DNA of 64,000 nt from Flavobacteriales bacterium (GCA_965247015.1 CBDFGG010000005.1:24660-88659), one strand, 5' to 3'. Shown: positions 7,509-17,042, counted from the first letter of the stretch. Translations and numbers: made by a program. The notes: generated from the sequence alone by a model not told the origin.

Positions 7509-9137
7509 CTATTTCAGCTTTAGAAGCACTACATAACTTGAAAGTACTTTGATCTGTTCTTCTAAAGCCTTTGTTTCAAGATCACTTGGTCTTTCGAAGG
7601 GAATCACAGTGTCCATAGTTTCGGCCAATGATATAAGGTTATTAATTTTTATACCATAGCTTACGTTGTCGGCGTTTTCCACTTTTGCATTAATGATTCC
7701 TATGAGTTCGCCATTCTTATTGAAGACAGGTCCACCGCTATTACCTGGTTGCACCGGTATACTAGTTTGAAAGGTATTCACAGCTCCTTCATAACCTGTT
7801 TTTGCGCTAATTTTTCCATCAGTAAATTTTATTTCTGTACCCATTCCGTTAAGTGCCAATGGGTATCCAATAGTATAGGCTGTTGCTCCTACTTCTATAG
7901 CGTTAGTGCTTTTTACGTGATAGGGAATTTCTTGAAAAGGAGTGAAAGATGGATCGTCTATTTTTATGATAGCAAGGTCATTCAACTTATCAATTGCTAC
8001 TACTTGCGCCTTCATGGGAGTTACAAGTCCATCTTTAGACAAGGCAACTTCAATCGATGAGCTGTTCTCAACGACATGGTAGTTGGTGGCTATGTGGCCT
8101 TCTTTGCTAATAAAAACTCCTGTACCAGTGCTTTTTACAACATTGGAATTGGAATCAGAGTAATTAAAGTTTTTTCCAAGAAATTCTTTTAAAATTATGT
8201 CAGAAGCGCTAACCTCATAGTTTTTGCCTTGAACTATAATACCCAAATTTCTTCCAAGGAATTTAGGATTATTAATTGATTGTTGAACTTCTCCATTGAT
8301 AGAAAAGATGATTCTGTTTCCATTTGTGATTAATTTCAGTTTATTGAAATCAAGTGGCCTTATTTCGGAACAACTCTCTTTATTTACTCGGATATCTTTA
8401 ATGCCTTCAACAACTTGTCCAATAGAGTATGTGCTTCCGGAAATAGTGAAGTACCAATAGTTTTCCCAATCCTTAAAACCAAATATAAATCCCGCAGTTG
8501 AGTAGTTGCCTGAATATTTACCAAGTTTAATATTAGCTTCAAAAGTAAAATTCGATAAAGGTGACTCAACATAGATATATCTTGAAGTACCCTTTGCAGT
8601 GAGCGCTTTTAATCGCAACTCACCATTTTCAATAGTAGAAATAGATTCCGTGCTTGAATAAAGATCCCAATCATTAGAATTATTATCAAAGGTTTCATGA
8701 AATACGTTTATAGCGTTTCCATCAAAGTCATACTCGGTGTATGAACTGCTTTCAGGCAGTCCATTTTTATATTTTGACTCCTTAAATAGTTTTCCCGATT
8801 CATAATACTCTTTATAAACTCCGTCTCTCTTTCCTTCAGCAGAGAAGTTAATTTCTTGTTTTAAACTACCACTCTTATAATACCAAAGACACTTGCCAAA
8901 ATAGATATTCTCACTTTCATCAACAATAGAAGCAGTGGTGATAATTCCTTCGAAGTACGTCGTATTGGAGGTTAGAAAGCGGCTTTTATAGGTGCTTGGA
9001 GGAGCAACTAATTCTCGAACATAATAAGCAGAGGCCTCATCTGTGGCTTTCCCATTTTTATCGAAGTAGGTGGTTTGTGCGTTGCTTTTCGTGAAAAATA
9101 CAAAAAGTGAGATCAAACAAATTAGCTTATTCAGCAT
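7509..9137 (-). CDS. Secreted multidomain trypsin-like (S1C, no PDZ) serine protease with N-terminal MORN/YwqK-like repeats and a central jelly-roll/lectin-like domain
   Basis: Catalytic triad contexts are TNYHVV, NDLAII and GNSGGPVF. MORN-like repeats include WYYKSGSLKQE and GVYKEYYESGKLFKE. The central region reads ETFDNNSNDWDLYSS...FGFKDWENYWYF. A signal peptide is present. Confidence 0.85.
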   Translation of the reverse strand: MLNKLICLISLFVFFTKSNAQTTYFDKNGKATDEASAYYVRELVAPPSTYKSRFLTSNTTYFEGIITTASIVDESENIYFGKCLWYYKSGSLKQEINFSAEGKRDGVYKEYYESGKLFKESKYKNGLPESSSYTEYDFDGNAINVFHETFDNNSNDWDLYSSTESISTIENGELRLKALTAKGTSRYIYVESPLSNFTFEANIKLGKYSGNYSTAGFIFGFKDWENYWYFTISGSTYSIGQVVEGIKDIRVNKESCSEIRPLDFNKLKLITNGNRIIFSINGEVQQSINNPKFLGRNLGIIVQGKNYEVSASDIILKEFLGKNFNYSDSNSNVVKSTGTGVFISKEGHIATNYHVVENSSSIEVALSKDGLVTPMKAQVVAIDKLNDLAIIKIDDPSFTPFQEIPYHVKSTNAIEVGATAYTIGYPLALNGMGTEIKFTDGKISAKTGYEGAVNTFQTSIPVQPGNSGGPVFNKNGELIGIINAKVENADNVSYGIKINNLISLAETMDTVIPFERPSDLETKALEEQIKVLSSYVVLLKLK

Positions 9138-9249
9138 AAAAAAAATGCGGTTTAGTTTGACCGTAAATTTAATTACCCAGCCTTGAATTTAAAAATTTTT
9201 TCCTTTGAAATCTTACTTTATGTTTTTTCGATTTTTGAGAATGAGTGTG

Positions 9250-9450
9250 TTACCTCGACCATCGCGTCAACGCTTCAATAAACGTCGCACGAATAATTGG
9301 CTTTGAAATATAATCATCCATTCCCGCTTCTAAACACTTCTCACGCTCGCCTTCAATGGTGCCTGCCGTCAATGCGATGATCGGAATTCTGCGGCCTATC
9401 TCGAGTCCGCGAATGGCTTTCGTGGCATCATACGCATAGAGTTGACTCAA
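9250..9450 (-). pseudogene. Orphan fragment duplicating the receiver-domain C-terminus of the hybrid kinase at 13312..15810
   Basis: Positions 9268-9433 match 13333-13498 at 163 of 166 nt, counted by eye. There is no kinase or receiver N-terminus upstream, because the stop of the neighbouring gene lies at 9501. Confidence 0.8.
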
Positions 9451-9500
9451 ATCACTTCAATATCTTGAAAAGGAGGAGTAATAGCGTATTTAAGTAGCTG

Positions 9501-11126
9501 TTATTTAGTACTAAATTTAATCAAAGAAAGGGACTTACTCTTATCGTGATAGGTGATTCCAAATGAGATCAGCTCTTCATTGAAATTAAAATGAGAGTAA
9601 GAAACAAATTCTTTTCGAATTTTTGTTTCCTTGCCAGCTGGGTTTAATAGAAGAACGTCTGAATTAATTGTTCCTGTATTAATATCTGCTATAGCATATT
9701 CAGTAAATTCGTTGATAGGTACTTCTTTTCCTTTTGCATCAAGAGCTTTACGATCGGATTCAAATAGAATTATCAAATCATTATTTTCGATGTCCGCGAA
9801 AATATCTTCTTCAGTCCACTTATCGAAGTTCTTATTTCTTTCTATTGTTTTACACCATTCTATGGTAGCGTTGCTATTTATTTTCAATAAGATAATATCA
9901 CCTTTTACAAGAGTATAAATCACAGATTCATTTCTCCCATTTCCGACGTATTTGAAGATTTCATCGAATTTAGAACAAACATAGAATAGGTTACCGTCCT
10001 TTTCAATGACATATTCTGTCTTTAACTCTGTAAGTGGAGCTTCCTTTTGTTCATTTTTAGGATTGGAAGTATTTGTCTTGTTCGAGCTATAAATGGTATG
10101 GTAGGTTTTATCGTCAAAAGGAGTGAAATTCACTTTAGATAATTCCCCTTTAGCCAAGTCAATCTCGGCGTGGAATGTGCCTTCCATGTAATTTTGTTCT
10201 TTGTTTTTTACTAAGTCATCGGATTCATAGTAGCATGCATCAATGATTAGTGAGCCATTCACCTGACGAGCGTTTGGAAATACAATGACATTATTGTTAT
10301 CATCCCGAAGAGGTAAAACTTTTGCCTCACCAGTAGACGAGTTTATGATTGTGTAAACGTAATAGTACCAAAAGTTTTTTTTCTTTCTTGTGTTTCCGCT
10401 ATTGGTTGGGATTTCCTCTTTAATACGTGTTGATAGGAGCACGTGGCCTGTTGATAAAAGGGAATAGTCGCCACTAGTTGCGAAATTGAAAATAAATGGG
10501 AGCGGTGTTTCTTTACTTTCAAGTAATTCAAAATTTTCATCAAAAATCTTCAAAACGGTGATAGCTTCTTTTCCTCGTAAACCTTTTTCATATCCGACGA
10601 TAATATTATTGTTGAATTTCGAGTCGGCTAGCACAAAAAAAGAGCTAGATGTTTCCGATTGACCAAAGGCTGAGAATGGCTGGTCAGAAAGCTTTTTAAG
10701 GGGAGTACTTGTTTTTAAATCTTTGTCAAAGGTCATAGCAAAAAGTTCCGATCCGCGACCTCCCATATTTGTATAAAAAACATGGACCTTTTCTTCCATT
10801 ACAATGATGTCGTGAAACATTTTCATCCCTGGTTCTGATTTAAGTGCCTTGTTCGAATTTTTTTGGGGCGATATGTCTACAGTCGCACTAATCAGATTGG
10901 TCTTTTGGTCAAAACGGATCAAAGTGTAATTCGTGGAACTCGGTTTGATCTCTATAGAAATTGCATAATGTCCAGTTGAGTTGGATCCTGTGTAGGATGG
11001 ATTTTCGATGCTTAGGTCTTTTTGAATAGGATTTTGTTTCTCCCACACAGTGTCTAAAACTTTGTTTTGAGCAAAAGAAAGTGAAAAACTGAAGAGAGTC
11101 AATGCGATAAAAAGTAGTTTTTTCAT
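9501..11126 (-). CDS. Hypothetical secreted protein (541 aa), last gene of protease cassette 2
   Basis: Signal peptide (MKKLLFIALTLFSFSLSFAQ). The gene starts 20 bp downstream of the barrel gene. No family is recognised. Confidence 0.7.
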   Translation of the reverse strand: MKKLLFIALTLFSFSLSFAQNKVLDTVWEKQNPIQKDLSIENPSYTGSNSTGHYAISIEIKPSSTNYTLIRFDQKTNLISATVDISPQKNSNKALKSEPGMKMFHDIIVMEEKVHVFYTNMGGRGSELFAMTFDKDLKTSTPLKKLSDQPFSAFGQSETSSSFFVLADSKFNNNIIVGYEKGLRGKEAITVLKIFDENFELLESKETPLPFIFNFATSGDYSLLSTGHVLLSTRIKEEIPTNSGNTRKKKNFWYYYVYTIINSSTGEAKVLPLRDDNNNVIVFPNARQVNGSLIIDACYYESDDLVKNKEQNYMEGTFHAEIDLAKGELSKVNFTPFDDKTYHTIYSSNKTNTSNPKNEQKEAPLTELKTEYVIEKDGNLFYVCSKFDEIFKYVGNGRNESVIYTLVKGDIILLKINSNATIEWCKTIERNKNFDKWTEEDIFADIENNDLIILFESDRKALDAKGKEVPINEFTEYAIADINTGTINSDVLLLNPAGKETKIRKEFVSYSHFNFNEELISFGITYHDKSKSLSLIKFSTK

Positions 11127-11146
11127 AATTGTAGTTTAATTTTTTT

Positions 11147-11971
11147 TTATAATCCAAATCCCAAATTAAAGGTAAGTAAAAGAGTGGGGACCACCGTAGT
11201 TTCTCGAGCTCTTTCGTTAACTGAAAGCGTATAGTTCTCCACAAAACCTCCGGAAGAGTTAATGTTTTTCTCTATTTCAAGTTGAGGCATATTATTAACC
11301 CTTAAACCAATACCTGTGGAAAGTCCCCAGGCTAAGCGGTTACTAAATTTTTGGTATCTATACCCAAGATACAACATAGAGCTCTTTATTTTGGTGCTAT
11401 AGTCTTTGATGGTATAGATCTCTTCACTTGCATCCCCAAAGGAGCTAGTTCCATTTTGTGTGGGGATGTAGAAGGTTTCATTGTAAGTTCTATACATGAT
11501 TTCTAAACCGCGTCCATTCAAATAGTCATCATCTAAAATTCGAACGCCAAATTGCATTATTGGCGAACTTTTACTGTATGTAAATGGTGCTTCATAAATG
11601 AAATAACCAGACAATTCATTTTGTCCAATTTTTTCTTCACCTATCATGAAGTCAGAGGAACCATTATTAAATACCGCTCCTATGAAATCTTTCAGTGGTT
11701 TAGGACCAATACTCACGAATGCTGAGAATCCATCTTTGACATTGCGCTCATAGGTGATCACAAATCCACCTCTCGCTAGTGCTAGTAACTCTAAGGAAAT
11801 TGAATTATTGAAATTGACTCCATTGGAACTTTTCTTATCTCTGTTTTCGGAATTATATGGAGAAGTTTTACTTGGAGTGTATTTATTATCTAATTCAGTT
11901 TTTTGAGCCAATGAATCAAAAGCAAATAAATACCCAAAGAGTAAAAACGGAAGTATTAAAAAGCTTTTCAT
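11147..11971 (-). CDS. Predicted outer-membrane beta-barrel protein (cassette 2), paralog of 6698..7507
   Basis: A signal peptide is present. Blocks shared with the paralog include ITYER, LNGRGLEIMYR vs LDGTGFELIYR, and an ending of ...TFNLGFGL. The start overlaps the protease stop (TAATG). Confidence 0.6.
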   Translation of the reverse strand: MKSFLILPFLLFGYLFAFDSLAQKTELDNKYTPSKTSPYNSENRDKKSSNGVNFNNSISLELLALARGGFVITYERNVKDGFSAFVSIGPKPLKDFIGAVFNNGSSDFMIGEEKIGQNELSGYFIYEAPFTYSKSSPIMQFGVRILDDDYLNGRGLEIMYRTYNETFYIPTQNGTSSFGDASEEIYTIKDYSTKIKSSMLYLGYRYQKFSNRLAWGLSTGIGLRVNNMPQLEIEKNINSSGGFVENYTLSVNERARETTVVPTLLLTFNLGFGL

Positions 11972-13266
11972 TAAGATATTTTGATTAAGACAACAAAATC
12001 TGTGAGAATTTTTATTTGTTCTTCCAAGCGAAGGTCTGCAATAGTATTGTTGCTGGGCAAGACTAAGGCAGGGGTTACACTTTCTATTAATGCCACTAGA
12101 AATAATGCCTTAATTCCGTAACTCACGTTGTCTGCGTCAAAGATTTTTGAGTTGATAATGCCTATTAATTCTCCTTGAGAATTAAAAACAGGACCACCAC
12201 TATTGCCTGGTTGCACCGGTATGGAAGTTTGGAATCCATTGGAACTGCCTTCGTAACCGCTCTTGGAACTTATTTTTCCATCAGAAAATTTTGGATCGGT
12301 TCCCATTCCTGAAAGAGCCAATGGGAAACCAATGGTGAAGATGGAGCTTCCTAGATCAAATCCTCCAGTGGTGCGAAAACTGTATGGAATATTTGGAAAA
12401 TTCACAAAGCTAGTGTCATCAATTTGAATCAAAGCCAAATCATTTTCTTTGTCGCTCATCAATACTTTGGCGAGAAAATCCTTTTTGAAATCTCCCATTT
12501 GTGTGCTTACAACAATCTTCTGAGCACCATCAATTACGTGATAGTTTGTCGCAATAATACCTCCTTCAGATATAACAAGTCCAGAACCGGAAGATTTAAC
12601 ACTTGGATTGACATCATTTCTATAATTTTTTTCTCCGAATCCCTTGAGAATTAAATCGTCGAAAATGCATTTTGATCCGTTGCCACCGATAGCTACTCCG
12701 ATTCCATTTCCATCTATGACTGGGCGTTTGAGCCTAGAATGAATTTCTCCATTGATGCTAAAAACCATTTTATTGTCGGCAACAATAACCTTGAGTAAAT
12801 TTTCCGTATTTAATGCGATGTGAGCGCTGTATTCAAGATCAACTTTCCTACTTATTATACCTTCTAGTACCTGGCCGATTTCGAAATTAGAATCAAAAAT
12901 ATTGAAGTACCAGTAATTGTCCCAGTCTTTGAATCCGAATATTAATCCTGAACTGTTTATTCTATTTTTTTTAATCGTGTTTTTTTGAGGATTTAATTTC
13001 ACCTCAATGGAGAACTCATGGAAATTTTGCTGCAAGAAGACGAATCGACTTGTACCTCGATCTTGAAATGACTGAAGGACCATAGATTCGTTAATCAATT
13101 CAGCAGAACTCAATTCGCTCGAATAAAGATCCCAATTGTTACTGTTATTTTCGAACGTTTCTTTAAATAGAAAATCTTTGGAACTAAAATGTCCTAGATA
13201 CTGTGAGAATGCTATGTTTTTAGACAAAACAATCCCTAAAAACAGTAAGTAAATAATTTTTTTCAT
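11971..13266 (-). CDS. Secreted jelly-roll/lectin-like + trypsin-like (S1C, no PDZ) serine protease, paralog of 7509..9137 without the MORN region
   Basis: Triad contexts TNYHVI, NDLALI and GNSGGPVF. The central region reads ETFENNSNNWDLYSS...FGFKDWDNYWYF. A signal peptide is present. Confidence 0.85.
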   Translation of the reverse strand: MKKIIYLLFLGIVLSKNIAFSQYLGHFSSKDFLFKETFENNSNNWDLYSSELSSAELINESMVLQSFQDRGTSRFVFLQQNFHEFSIEVKLNPQKNTIKKNRINSSGLIFGFKDWDNYWYFNIFDSNFEIGQVLEGIISRKVDLEYSAHIALNTENLLKVIVADNKMVFSINGEIHSRLKRPVIDGNGIGVAIGGNGSKCIFDDLILKGFGEKNYRNDVNPSVKSSGSGLVISEGGIIATNYHVIDGAQKIVVSTQMGDFKKDFLAKVLMSDKENDLALIQIDDTSFVNFPNIPYSFRTTGGFDLGSSIFTIGFPLALSGMGTDPKFSDGKISSKSGYEGSSNGFQTSIPVQPGNSGGPVFNSQGELIGIINSKIFDADNVSYGIKALFLVALIESVTPALVLPSNNTIADLRLEEQIKILTDFVVLIKIS

Positions 13267-13282
13267 TGAAGCACTAAGGATA

Positions 13283-13290
13283 CAAATATA
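13283..13290 (-). promoter_or_regulatory. Consensus -7 box (TATATTTG), 16 nt upstream of the cassette 2 protease ATG
   Basis: The reverse complement of caaatata lies in the 45-bp kinase-protease spacer. Confidence 0.4.
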
Positions 13291-13311
13291 GTTAGGAGCA
13301 ATGAAAACCTT

Positions 13312-15810
13312 CTATTTTACACTCCATTTTAACAACGCTTCAATAAACGTCGCACGAATAATTGGCTTTGAAATATAATCATCCATTCCCGCTTCTAAAC
13401 ACTTCTCACGCTCGCCTTCAATAGTGCCTGCTGTCAATGCGATGATCGGAATTCTGCGGCCTATCTCTAGTCCGCGAATGGCTTTCGTGGCATCATACCC
13501 GTTCAATTCGGGCATCTGAACGTCCATCAAAATCATGTCCGGCTTTTCTTTTTTATACAACTCGATACACTCATATCCATTCGTTGCTACGATCAAATGT
13601 GCTTGCGGGAAGATGTCTCTAATAAGCGTTTTTGCCAAAAGCAAATTAACAGGATTGTCCTCTGCAATGATAATTTTTTGCTGAGGAATTTCTGTGGTAA
13701 TTAAAGGAGTAGGTTCGATTTCTTCTGTTTCGACTACCAGTTTTTTCAATGTCGATTGCCATTCTTCCGGCGCAATCAAACTGCTAAATTGTCCCGTTAA
13801 AAGAATATCAAAATAAAAGATACTGCCTCGGCCCAAGATGCTTTCTAGCTTCAAACTAGTGTTCATCAATGACAATAATTTATTTGAAATGGTAAGACCA
13901 AGCCCCGTTCCTCCAAACTTTCTAGATGTACCTGCATCTTCTTGAGAAAATGCATCGAATATTTTTTTCTGATTCGCCGGGGCGATTCCAACTCCGGTAT
14001 CAATAACAGAAAATCTAAACCAAGCGCGGTCGTCATTTAATTTGCGCAACACTTCGAGCTTCAAGGTCACACCGCCTGACTCCGTAAACTTGATAGCGTT
14101 GCTCATCAAATTGACAAGTACTTGACGAAGTCTGATTTCATCCACCCATATAAAGCGAGGAATGTTTGGTCCAATTACATAGTGCAACTGAAGTTTTTTT
14201 TCTTTCGCTTGAAAGGAGATAATACTATGCAATTGATTTTTTAATTCGAGCAAATCAATTCGCACGATACTCAATTCCATCTTACCGCTTTCTATCTTGG
14301 AAAAGTCTAAGATATCATTCACGATGGTGAGTAATGAGTGCGCCGACTGATGCACAGTTGTAGCATATTGCATTTGATCGTCCTTTAAATTGGTACGCAT
14401 CAAAAGATCAGAAAAACCAATCACAGCATTTAAAGGCGTTCGAATTTCATGGCTCATATTGGTAACGAATTCAGACTTTGCTAAACTCGCTGCTTCTGCT
14501 ATCTGACGGGCTTTCTGAAGTTTTTTTCTATTTAAAAACATCAAAATCGCCAACATGATCATGATTAAAAATGCACCAATAAAAATGTTGCGCAAGTATG
14601 TTTGACTTTGAATTTGTTGCGCTTGTGCTAATTCTTTTGTTTGCTGCTCTTCTTTTAAATCATCTAATTGCTGATTGTATTTAAATTCACTTTCGAGACG
14701 AAATAATTTGCTCTGTGTTTCTTCATCTGATAGGCTATCTGAATAGTCGGCATAAATTTGATGATAGCGCAGAGCTTCTTTATAGTTTCCAGTTTCTGCA
14801 TAAATTTCTGATAATAAAAAACTGGTTTCTTGAATGAGCATTTTCGCATTCATTTCGAAAGCAAGATCATTGCTCATTTTTCCATATTCTAAAGCGAGCG
14901 CATATTTTTTAGAAACGGCATAAACATTCGACAGTACTCGGTACGACTGCGCCAGTCCCCATGCATGATTGATTTCTTTCTGGAGGGCAATTGCTTTGGT
15001 TAAATATTCTATGGATTGTTCTGGTCGATTTGTCTGACCATAGATTCCACCAATGTTGCTCAAGATGAGGGATTGACCGAATTTATCGTTGAACTGGTTG
15101 GCAAGCACTAGTGCTCGGTTGTAATAATCCAATGCGGTATCGAATTGCTTCATGTTCTCATATACAAGAGCAATGTTATTATATAGCTGTGCTTTGCTTT
15201 TTGTTTCGGCTTTGCCTTTATGAAGGTCTAGTGCTTTTAAATAGAAGTCTAGTGCTTGTTGGTGTTGTCCCAATTCATTGTAGACCATTCCAATGTTATT
15301 TAAACTACCCGAAATCTCATTGGTGTTGGCGATCTCTTCTCGAATAGCGAGACTTTTCAGAAATAAGTCCAAGGCTTTGTCGGAATTGCCGAGATGATGA
15401 TAGATGAGGCCGAGATTGTTGTAGTTCTTACCCATCTCGAGCTTATTTCCAATTTTGGTAGAAAGCTGTATCGCTTCCTCAATGACCATCATGGCATTTT
15501 CGAAAGGAGGAATATCAGAAAGAGCATGTCCCTTCAATCTCAGTCCGACGCTGCGGTAATAATCATCACCAATGGCGGTGGATAGGGATAAAATGCGTTC
15601 CGAAATCGCTAGCAACGAATCGGGATTGCTGTATTTGTAGATATCTCCAAGTTCTACTTGAAGACGCAATACTTCTTTTGGATCATTTGCCTTGCCGATA
15701 AGAGTGCGTAGACTATCATCTTGACCTGAACAGATAAAGGAAGAGGAGGCAATGGAGAGTAATAGCACAACGTGAAGCGCAACACGCCTCAAAGTGTGGA
15801 TAGAGTTCAT
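13312..15810 (-). CDS. Hybrid sensor histidine kinase/response regulator with a large N-terminal TPR sensor region
   Basis: An N-terminal anchor is followed by about 380 aa of TPR-like repeats and a TM segment (IFIGAFLIMIMLAILMF). Kinase motifs are the H-box (MSHEIRTPLNAV), N-box (LMSNAIKFT) and G-boxes (DTGVGI, GGTGLGL). The C-terminal REC domain contains IIIAEDNP, DVQMPELNG and ISKP. Confidence 0.9.
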   Translation of the reverse strand: MNSIHTLRRVALHVVLLLSIASSSFICSGQDDSLRTLIGKANDPKEVLRLQVELGDIYKYSNPDSLLAISERILSLSTAIGDDYYRSVGLRLKGHALSDIPPFENAMMVIEEAIQLSTKIGNKLEMGKNYNNLGLIYHHLGNSDKALDLFLKSLAIREEIANTNEISGSLNNIGMVYNELGQHQQALDFYLKALDLHKGKAETKSKAQLYNNIALVYENMKQFDTALDYYNRALVLANQFNDKFGQSLILSNIGGIYGQTNRPEQSIEYLTKAIALQKEINHAWGLAQSYRVLSNVYAVSKKYALALEYGKMSNDLAFEMNAKMLIQETSFLLSEIYAETGNYKEALRYHQIYADYSDSLSDEETQSKLFRLESEFKYNQQLDDLKEEQQTKELAQAQQIQSQTYLRNIFIGAFLIMIMLAILMFLNRKKLQKARQIAEAASLAKSEFVTNMSHEIRTPLNAVIGFSDLLMRTNLKDDQMQYATTVHQSAHSLLTIVNDILDFSKIESGKMELSIVRIDLLELKNQLHSIISFQAKEKKLQLHYVIGPNIPRFIWVDEIRLRQVLVNLMSNAIKFTESGGVTLKLEVLRKLNDDRAWFRFSVIDTGVGIAPANQKKIFDAFSQEDAGTSRKFGGTGLGLTISNKLLSLMNTSLKLESILGRGSIFYFDILLTGQFSSLIAPEEWQSTLKKLVVETEEIEPTPLITTEIPQQKIIIAEDNPVNLLLAKTLIRDIFPQAHLIVATNGYECIELYKKEKPDMILMDVQMPELNGYDATKAIRGLEIGRRIPIIALTAGTIEGEREKCLEAGMDDYISKPIIRATFIEALLKWSVK

Positions 15811-15817
15811 AAGTTAA

Positions 15818-15898
15818 GTATCTCAAGTATCACCGTTTTGTAGACGGCTTAGGTCAAATATAAGTAAAATGAGCTAATTAATTCGATACTTGAGATAC
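15818..15898. promoter_or_regulatory. Perfect 14-bp inverted repeat (GATACTTGAGATAC, i.e. GATAC-N4-GATAC) bracketing the kinase promoter; a -7 box (TATATTTG) lies on the minus strand at 15855-15862
   Basis: gtatctcaagtatc at 15818-15831 is the exact reverse complement of gatacttgagatac at 15885-15898. The spacer is 53 bp. Confidence 0.5.
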
Positions 15899-15924
15899 AC
15901 TTATGAAGGTATAAGTTGCAATTG

Positions 15925-16449
15925 TTAGTGCGGAAGTTTATCGCGGAATCTGCCGTAGACCCATGTTCCAGCAGTTGCGCTTAATAGCGTAACGCCAATA
16001 ACTAGGGCGCCGGTGCCAATTTGAGCGAAGAGTGGACCAGGACAAGCGCCGGTCATCGCCCATCCTAGACCGAATGAAAGTCCACCAAAGATTTGACCTT
16101 TGTTAAATTTCTTTGGAGTAAATTCTATCGCCTCACCGTGGATGGTCTTCACTTTATATTTTTTGATTAAGAATACAGAGATCATTCCTACCACTACTGC
16201 GGTGCCAATTACACCATACATGTGGAAACTCTGAAGTCTGAACATTTCTTGAATGCGAAACCATGAAACGATTTCTGCTTTCACGAATACGATACCGAAC
16301 ACGATACCTACTACGGAATACTTTAAATTATACCACCAAGGGTGGCTTAATGCTGATTCATTCACACACATGGTGTCCTGTGATCTCACTTCGAAATCAG
16401 TAGCTTCTTGATGAATCACTTCGATATTTTGAATATTATTTTGAGACAT
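15925..16449 (-). CDS. YeeE/YedE family sulfur-compound transporter, C-terminal half-type subunit
   Basis: Multi-TM protein with a GACPGP motif. It pairs with the adjacent half, as is typical of split YeeE/YedE. Confidence 0.75.
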   Translation of the reverse strand: MSQNNIQNIEVIHQEATDFEVRSQDTMCVNESALSHPWWYNLKYSVVGIVFGIVFVKAEIVSWFRIQEMFRLQSFHMYGVIGTAVVVGMISVFLIKKYKVKTIHGEAIEFTPKKFNKGQIFGGLSFGLGWAMTGACPGPLFAQIGTGALVIGVTLLSATAGTWVYGRFRDKLPH

Positions 16450-16461
16450 TGTGATAGAGGA

Positions 16462-17025
16462 TTAAAGTGAAAGAATGAATGGGAGAAGTAGGTTGGTCAT
16501 AATGAAACCACCTACCATGAACATGATAGTTGCAACCAATGAGGGCCATTGAAGATCGCTTAATCCCATAATGGCATGCCCACTTGTGCAGCCGCCCGCA
16601 TAACGTGCTCCGAATCCAACAAGGAATCCTCCAAGTACCATCATGATTAATCCACGCGGTGTAGCGAGTGAAGCGAATGAGAATAGATCATTCGGAACAA
16701 GCCCCGTGTAATCTGTGATGTTGTATTCTGCCAATGTGGATTGAAGCGCGGGATCTACAAGTATTTGTGAATCGCCCGAAAGGAAGGTCGCAGCGATAAT
16801 AGAACCCACCAAAATTCCTCCCACAAAAAAGAAGTTCCATATTTCTTTTTTCCAGTCGTACTTAAAGAATGGAATATTTGCCGGCAAACACGCGGCACAT
16901 ACGTGACGCAAGTTTGCAGAGATACCAAAGTGCTTATTGCCCAAAAGCAATAGTGCTGGTACAATGATCCCGATTAATGCACCCGCCACATACCATGGCC
17001 AAGGCTGAGAAATAGATTCAATCAT
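16462..17025 (-). CDS. YeeE/YedE family sulfur-compound transporter, N-terminal half-type subunit
   Basis: Multi-TM protein with a GGCTSGHAIMG motif. Confidence 0.75.
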   Translation of the reverse strand: MIESISQPWPWYVAGALIGIIVPALLLLGNKHFGISANLRHVCAACLPANIPFFKYDWKKEIWNFFFVGGILVGSIIAATFLSGDSQILVDPALQSTLAEYNITDYTGLVPNDLFSFASLATPRGLIMMVLGGFLVGFGARYAGGCTSGHAIMGLSDLQWPSLVATIMFMVGGFIMTNLLLPFILSL

Positions 17026-17042
17026 AGAGTACTTTTTATTTT

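Noticed and set aside
9250-9450. A stand-alone small response-regulator gene.
   Set aside because: It encodes only the last third or so of a receiver domain, with no phospho-acceptor Asp region. It is called a duplicated fragment instead.
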